DNA of 15,043 nucleotides, from NCBI RefSeq assembly GCF_006345805.1, contig NW_021825603.1, forward strand, positions 1 through 15,043, written 5' to 3'. Each line of letters starts with the position of its first letter. Position 1 is the stretch's first letter. A program made the translations under genes and the position numbers. Positions 8,726 to 15,043 of the stretch are shown here, piece after piece. The notes beneath the pieces were generated by a model. It was not told the origin of the DNA. It was given only the letters and a program-made list of their open reading frames with translations, and ran no database searches. This DNA comes from Octopus sinensis (Eukaryota).

Positions 8726-9086
8726 GTGTCTTCTACTATGGCTGCGGTGTATTCTACTATGGCCTCGGGCCGACCAAAACCTTGTGAGTAGATTTGGTAG
8801 ACGGAAACTGAAAGAAGTTCGTCGTATATATGCATATGTATATATATATGCATGTGTGTGTGTGTTTGTGTGTCTATGTTTGTCCCCCCCCCCCAACATC
8901 GCTTGACAACCGATGCTGGTGTGCTTACGTTCCCGTAACTTAGCGTTTCGGCAAAAGAGAAGACAGATAGAATAAGTACTACGCTTGCAAAGGATAAGTT
9001 CTGGAGTCGATTTGTTCGACTAAAAGGCGGTGCTCCAGCATGGCCACAGTCAAATGACTGAAATAAGTAAAAGAGTAAAAGAGTAA
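8726..9086 (+). mobile_element. SINE family A, 5'-truncated (no tRNA head), opposite orientation to the other copies
   Basis: Reverse complement of 6846-7145, including an identical 34-mer (8890-8923 versus 6994-7027). Tail gtaaaagagtaaaagagtaag. Confidence 0.93.
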
Positions 9087-9341
9087 GACCTCCTCATAAG
9101 ATGCGTGGTTGAGGACACTAAATTTCAAAGAAATATAACGATCACAATACTTGCAGGCTTTACACGTCCATCAGTCATTTCACATATTTTATTTCCAACC
9201 CGCTGAACTGAAGCTCATCAAACGAAGCCGAAATGTAAATACACAATTCCAGTTCATTTTACGTATAGAGAAGCATCTATGGAAATCTATAGCCATCTGC
9301 GACATAGTTATATTGAACACAATTGTTTTGGTGCAAATAAC

Positions 9342-9342
9342 A

Positions 9343-9406
<64 letters not shown>

Positions 9407-9409
9407 ATC

Positions 9410-9444
<35 letters not shown>

Positions 9445-9723
9445 CCTCTCCCTTTCACTCTCTCGCTCTCCTTATACAAACATACACATATATGGATTTT
9501 TGAAAGTATATATATATATATATATTTACATAAAAAAAACACGCACAAGTGCATGCAAACACACAGTAAAATAATGCATAAATATAAACACAAATATTAT
9601 ATATATATATTTATATATGTATTTACGTACGTATCTATGTATTTATATGTGTGTGTGTATATATATATATATACAGGTATATATGTATATATATAGTATA
9701 TGTAAATATTTATATGTATATAC

Positions 9724-9755
<32 letters not shown>

Positions 9756-9828
9756 ATGTGTATATATACATATAAATATTAACATATACATCCATATATA
9801 TATATATACTATATATGTATATTTATAT

Positions 9829-9873
<45 letters not shown>

Positions 9874-9903
9874 CATAAATATTTATATACATATCATATA
9901 TAT

Positions 9904-9945
<42 letters not shown>

Positions 9946-9981
9946 CAACATACATATATATATATATATATAATATATATT

Positions 9982-10017
<36 letters not shown>

Positions 10018-10075
10018 ATATATAATATATAATATATATATGCATATATATATGTATGTATATATATATATATTG
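9342..10075. repeat. Compound (CT)n-(TA)n-(ATCT)n followed by a long degenerate (TA)n field
   Basis: Directly visible. Confidence 0.92.
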
Positions 10076-10189
10076 TATGAATCATTAGTGGATATTATAG
10101 ACACCGATTATCGTGATAATATCATTGAAGGGTTCGAAAGAACAGATGTGCAAAATGTAGCAGCATGGTACCGAACTAAATCTGCCGGT

Positions 10190-10224
<35 letters not shown>

Positions 10225-10394
10225 GTATGTGGGTCACAAGTTGAAAAAAGTTGGTGTTTGCCAGTTGTTGATTCAGCTGTAAAGCTCGTCAGTGAATGCA
10301 AAAACAAAAACAATTAAGCGAAGCAAAAATACCGCTCATATCGCTGATGTATGTCTGTATGTCTATCTATATTTCTCTGCATCAATTTGACTAT

Positions 10395-10490
10395 CAATCT
10401 TCCTCCCCCAACTCTCCCTCTCTCCTCTTTCTCTCTCTTTCTCTCCTCTTCCTCTCCCTCTCTCTTCTTTCTCTCTCTCTCCTCCTCTCC
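10395..10490. repeat. Polypyrimidine (CT-rich) tract; (GA)n also at ~10194-10219
   Basis: Directly visible. Confidence 0.85.
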
Positions 10491-10519
10491 ATATATATGT
10501 GGAGTGTGAGATTGTGCAT

Positions 10520-10632
10520 GAATGTATATATATATATATATATAATATTATATATATATATAATATATATATTATATATATAATATATATATATTTATAT
10601 ATATATATATAAATATATATAGATATATAAAA

Positions 10633-10682
<50 letters not shown>

Positions 10683-10940
10683 GTACATATATATATATAT
10701 ATATATACATATAATATATGTGTATATATTTTATATATCTATATATATATATATCTATATATATATATTGTGTGTGTATGTCGTATGTGTGTATATATAT
10801 ATATACATACACACGTAAATAGTTTATATAGACGTTTGAACACAACAGGCATATGTATATGTCTCTGCATTTATTTGTGTGTGTGTATGTGTGTGTGTGT
10901 GTATTTGTATGTGTGTGTATTTGTGTGTGAGCGTGTGTGT
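10520..10940. repeat. Degenerate (TA)n then (TG)n field
   Basis: Directly visible. Confidence 0.92.
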
Positions 10941-11170
10941 GAACGAAGTTATTAACAATAAATGAAATTCATAAAAGAATGTATTGTTCAATTTTTTATT
11001 ATCAGCACAATCGCGTTAATGCGCACGATCACCGTGATTGTTTTGTGGGCGTGTTTCCTATTAAATTTTCTGATGCCCGGCATAGCTGATCCATAAATTT
11101 GTCTGGTATCACTAACTGGATCACTCATTTGATTAATGATTAATTACACTCTCTTCATATTATATATATG

Positions 11171-11229
11171 TAATAATAATAATAATATAATATAATAATA
11201 ATAATAAATTAATAATAATAATAATAATA
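11171..11229. repeat. (AAT)n microsatellite, interrupted; (TA)n also at ~11631-11683
   Basis: Directly visible. Confidence 0.92.
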
Positions 11230-11636
11230 TAGGAATATTATTCCAGAACTTACATGAAAAATTCAATTTAATAATACTGAATAAATTCAACTATATAATA
11301 CATGTATATAAATTAGAGAAGAACCACATTTATCAATAACAATAATAACATGATATAATCAAAATATAATAATATAGAAAATATATATATACGATAAAGA
11401 CATATATCAATCATTAAGCACAGTAATAAAATTTAAATAAAATTATATATATTATAAAAATACATACAGATACACACACCCACAATTCCACATGTATACA
11501 ATGATATATATTAAATATATATATATATAAATATATATATACCGAGTAAACACACATAGCCAAAACTGTCCTACGAACGCAAACGGGAAATAGAGTAAAC
11601 AGGTTTTGTTAATCTGCTGTTTGAATAAAGTATATA

Positions 11637-11686
<50 letters not shown>

Positions 11687-12059
11687 TATATAATTGTTAG
11701 TGAGGGATTATCATCAGGCAAAACTCTTTATAAGCTTTGTTTGTACACCAGACTAACAATATTATTTAGATTAGTAAAGAACTCGGCGTACTCTTGAGGT
11801 AGGGTTCGAGTTTATAGTTCATCACAGTTCATTATTGTAAATGCATGGTGGTGCCCATGTTATACTGGTTTTTACGCACGTTGATACACAAGACAAGGCA
11901 TGAATAATGATTTTTTTACATAGTTTCCAATGGTCCGATTGAGTAAACTTATCAATAACAAACCTATAACGACTAATGGAAACAGCTGTAAGTCAAAGTT
12001 ACTACAATAAAGAAAAATATGAAATAACTATTATTCATACCTTATTTATTATATATACA

Positions 12060-12449
12060 CTAGCAGTATCGCCCGGCGTTGCTCGGGTTTGTAAGGGAAA
12101 TAACTATAAAGCATTTTTAGAGAGTTATAGCCAAAAACTAGCAAAAAATGCATTAAGAAGGGAAAAGAAATTATGGTAAATTTTGTTTTAAATCGTTGAC
12201 TCATCGTAGATATTTTTAGAGAGTTAATTCCCTTATATTTAAAAAATATGCATTAAAATGGAAAAAAATTATGGTAAATTATTTTTAAAATCGTAGACTC
12301 ATCGTAGACGCCGATAATACCCAGAAGGGCTTGATATGAATCACGACTATAAATACCCGGTTTTGTTAAACTGCACCGCAAAATGTGGGAGTAGTTAGGA
12401 ATCTAAATCGGAGTAGACAGACACACAACCTTACTTTTATATATAAAGA
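12060..12449 (-). mobile_element. Non-autonomous Helitron, copy 2
   Basis: Minus strand begins A|TCTTTATATATAAAAG (12450|12449) followed by gtgtgtctgtct. Ends with the same hairpin and CTAG|T (12063-12060|12059). Last 78 nt are identical to copy 1. Confidence 0.9.
12113..12308. repeat. Two-copy ~98-99 bp internal tandem duplication in Helitron copy 2
   Basis: atttttagagagtta at 12113 and 12212; atgcattaa, aattatggtaaatt and gactcatcgtaga each occur twice. Confidence 0.88.
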
Positions 12450-12524
12450 TATGTATTAATTTTTGTTTTCATGTTCAACTATAATAAAAAAAATAATTTG
12501 GCATTAATCTGAAGAGTTAATTTA

Positions 12525-12668
12525 AATCTCCTTGAAAGCCTGGGAACTACGTTAAAGGTACGCATGCCCATGCAGTGCTCTGCCACTTGTACCTTAATTT
12601 CACGAGAAGGCTGTTCCATTCATCAGATCAACCAGAACACTCGTCCTTGTAACCGTCGGAATGCCAGT
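12525..12668 (+). mobile_element. SINE family C-type 3' fragment, degenerate
   Basis: gaactacgtta, ccacttgtaccttaatttcacg, ctgttcc, gatcaac and gtaaccg are colinear with 1681-1816. Confidence 0.75.
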
Positions 12669-12813
12669 TATCTTTTAATTTACACACACACACCACACAC
12701 CACACACACACACACACATACATATGAGCGTTCATATATTCCATCCGCTTGCATTTTGTATTCACTGCAACTAGGAAACAAATATTGTAAGTGTCATTCG
12801 TAGAAAATTTGCC

Positions 12814-12970
12814 TTTACGTTCTGCGTTCAAATTCCGCCGAATTCGACTTTGCTTTTCATCCTTTTGGGGTCGATAAAATAAGAACCAGTTACGCACTGG
12901 ATTCGATGCAATCGACTTTTCTCCCTCTCCAAAATTTTCAGGCCTTGTGCTTACAGTAGAAAAGATTGTT
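12814..12970 (+). mobile_element. SINE family B, lacking the A-box region, tail type 2
   Basis: ttacgttctgcgttcaaattccgccg..tcatccttttggggtcgataaaataagaaccagttacgcactgg, then ctccctctccaaaattttcaggccttgtgc. Confidence 0.9.
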
Positions 12971-13870
12971 AGATTTAATATTAGTTCATCCGTCATTATC
13001 GACGATGACTAAGGACATCACATGAGAGAAAACTGGGTAAGGTGTAACCGGCTGTGGCTAATCATAGTCCAATGAGTGCTAGGAAGGATCTGCTGGAGAC
13101 CGACCATTGGTAATCTGTTGGAACCGAAGGCTTTGGACTCGCGTAATTCGTGTTTTGCTTCACTTCGTCAAAGCACTTACAAATATTCATTCACAACACA
13201 CAGAAATAATCTAGGCTTATTTACAATTTTGGGTTGCGTTCCAATCCTCTGAAAAGCTCCGAAGCAAATTGCAGATACATGCTTTGCGCTTACGAGCTTG
13301 CTGTCTATGCAGAATTTCAAATTGCTTTTTCATAGACAGTCAGTAATTCGTTGATAAAAATAATTGCTTTGCACTTTTAAGTTTCCGATTTCATTTTTAA
13401 TCATTCATAAACGTTTTTACTCTGCAAGATCTCTGCTTAAGCTGCTAATTTCCACCTGTAGAAATTTACTGGCAAAACGAAACAAAAAAAAGAAAACTAG
13501 GGCATGTTTTGACTGGCCTTTCTTCTAGGGATTCGGGTGGGGCAATGAGCTGTCTCAGTATTGACTGTTCCCTGAGCTTTCGACTGACGACTGATTAGTA
13601 GAGTAACATGAGAGGTTGGCTTCAATTGTCTTAACGACAAACTGTGTGCTGCTGACGCTTCTAGAAGCGCAACTATTTTGCTATTTCGCACGATTTTCTG
13701 GTTTTCAATTGGGTGTAGAGATCATTATCAGTGAGACTGGCTGCTGACGACTATAATACATACAAAGCAAGTAGGTGCGTAAACAGACATACGCATATTC
13801 ACAACTGTATCTTTTTATCTTTTATCCATTATCCTTTACAGGTTTCAGTATGCGTCATGCTTCGCATTAC

Positions 13871-13873
<3 letters not shown>

Positions 13874-13930
<57 letters not shown>

Positions 13931-13936
13931 ATACAT

Positions 13937-13980
<44 letters not shown>
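13874..13980. repeat. (TA)n microsatellite, interrupted
   Basis: Directly visible. Confidence 0.95.
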
Positions 13981-13984
13981 TATA

Positions 13985-14175
13985 CAGTAATCCCTCCTCG
14001 ACTATCGCGGGTGTTACGTTTCCAAACCGCCCATAGAAATAATTAAAATCTAAAAAATATAAACACCTATCGCCCGCAGTAACCCGAATAAACTGAGGAC
14101 TCCGGATATAAATTTACATATATTAGCCAGAAAAATCTGCGATGTACAGAGTTGCTAATTGGTGAACGACGATAT
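13985..14175 (+). mobile_element. pogo/Tigger-like MITE remnant with intact left end and eroded right end
   Basis: TA|CAGTAATCCCTC..CGACTATCGCGG resembles pogo/Tigger-type TIR starts (recalled family pattern). The right side aaatctgcgatg..ggtgaacgacgatat lacks the expected terminal gagggattactg. Confidence 0.55.
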
Positions 14176-14192
14176 ATATATACATATATAAA

Positions 14193-14400
14193 GGCGGCGA
14201 GCTGGCAGAATTGCTAAGACGCCGGGCGAAATACTTAGCGGTAGTTCCTCTGGCGCTAAGTTCGACTTTGCTTTTCATTCTTTCAGGTCGATTAAATAAG
14301 TACCAGTTACGAACTGGGGTCGATGTAATCGACTAAATCCCTTTGTCTGTCCTTGTTTGTCCCCTTTATGTTTAGCCCCATAAGGGCAATAAAGAAATAG
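14193..14400 (+). mobile_element. SINE family B monomer, tail type 1, B box deleted
   Basis: Colinear with 5052-5284 except that the gagttcaaattccgccg segment is missing. Candidate 21-bp TSD at 14172-14192 and 14401-14421 (19/21). Confidence 0.92.
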
Positions 14401-14518
14401 ATATATGTATACATATATGAAAATGAGTTGTCACACAAAAGGAAAAGGCACTCGGCAAATTTATTTCGACTTACATATATTGGTTTCAAATGAGGTCTGA
14501 TCAATTAATATCCAGACT

Positions 14519-14532
14519 GTTGCCATAGTAAC
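14519..14532. promoter_or_regulatory. RFX X-box-like motif GTTGCCATAGTAAC within the mariner 5' region
   Basis: Matches the GTNRCC-N0-3-RGYAAC consensus. Motif match only; no functional evidence. Confidence 0.35.
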
Positions 14533-14684
14533 GAAGTTAAAATACGCAGCGTAAAGCTGCTTGGCAAAACTTGACTTTCATATCTGCTGTGCATGTGTAT
14601 TATGATTTGACGTTCTAGCTCAATTCTATTGCTTACAGTAGTGCTTAGAAGGAAGATGTGTAGAATGTGATCGTCGCATTGACC

Positions 14685-15043
14685 ATGACAGAGAAAGCTG
14701 TCATGGCGATACCTGCTCAAAGGCCTGCGCAAAGTTGCAGAAAGTGTATGAGTCGTACAGAAGTGTACGAGTGGTTTTCACGTTGCCAAGATGGCCGAAA
14801 AAATTTTGATATTGATGAACGTTCTAAGAGACCCACAACCAGCAGAACTGAGGAAAACATCGCAGATGTGCGTACAGCTATGAGGGGAAATCTTCGAATT
14901 CCCACCTGTGAGTTATCAGGGAATGTGCACATTAGAAACGGTTTAGTCCATTATCACTGATGATTTGGGAATGAGACGCGTGTTGGCCAAACTTGTACCA
15001 AAACTGCTTTCAGCTGACCAAAAAGACACTCGGGTTAGGTTGC
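14685..15043 (+). pseudogene. Mariner (Tc1/mariner, SETMAR/Mos1-like) transposase N-terminal HTH region, frameshifted
   Basis: Pieces in three frames: MTEKA (14685), GDTCSKACAKLQKVY (14705), MSRTEVYEWFSRCQDGRKNFDIDERSKRPTTSRTEENIADVR (14748) and ITDDLGMRRVLAKLVPKLLSADQKDTRV (14953). These match the mariner V..W..RF..GR....D..RSGRP and LGM..V.AK.VP..L motifs. Confidence 0.92.

Larger units (their letters stand above)
14491..15043 (+). mobile_element. Decayed mariner DNA transposon, 5' part, continuing beyond the window
   Basis: tgaggtctgatcaattaatatccagactg resembles a mariner left TIR (CGAGGTCTG.. with CpG decay; the TA target is read as AA), followed by a transposase remnant. Confidence 0.8.

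Noticed and set aside
10075-10195. Protein-like stretch YESLVDIIDTDYRDNIIEGFERTDVQNVAAWYRTKSAGLQ
   Set aside because: No recognisable family and no clear splice sites. Its 3' part weakly resembles a decayed minus-strand SINE A head.
10260-10295. Minus-strand CTGACGA-GCT-ttac-AGC hammerhead-like core (also CTGATGA on the minus strand at ~11711-11717)
   Set aside because: No GAAA after stem II and no stems I or III. These show that such near-matches arise by chance.
11560-11980. Possible Penelope-like terminal fragments flanking (TA)n
   Set aside because: Only a vague resemblance; no second copy, ORF or ribozyme in the window to support it.
13440-13700. Possible exon: acceptor-like signals on both strands near 13445-13500 and a 64-aa minus-strand ORF
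   Set aside because: Frames close soon after each acceptor, there is no convincing donor, and the peptides are not recognisable.
390-13975. Numerous [16 protein letters not shown] ORFs
   Set aside because: Stop-free artefacts of TA, TG and TATG microsatellites.
191-14400. Strand bias of SINE families (A mostly minus, B mostly plus)
   Set aside because: Too few copies, and each family has a counter-example (8726-9086 plus; 8375-8495 minus).

Overview
Repeat-saturated, AT-rich eukaryotic non-coding DNA (intergenic or deep intronic). The repeat complement strongly suggests an octopus/cephalopod genome; this is an inference from recalled repeat families, not a database result. No host exon, tRNA, rRNA or CRISPR array is supportable, and nearly all listed ORFs are read-throughs of microsatellites or SINEs. 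The window holds at least four tRNA-derived SINE families (labelled A-D here) in about 15 full or partial copies, two of them expanded into tandem arrays (a 5x80 bp internal array and an A-B-A-B higher-order array). It also holds two non-autonomous Helitrons in opposite orientation with identical 78-bp 3' ends but unrelated 5' ends, a ~220-bp Tc1-type MITE nested between two SINE generations, a pogo/Tigger-like MITE remnant, a decayed mariner transposase running off the right edge, and many microsatellites. The most unusual item is a SINE head fused to an unidentified, potentially highly structured ~250-nt module ending in (GAA)22.
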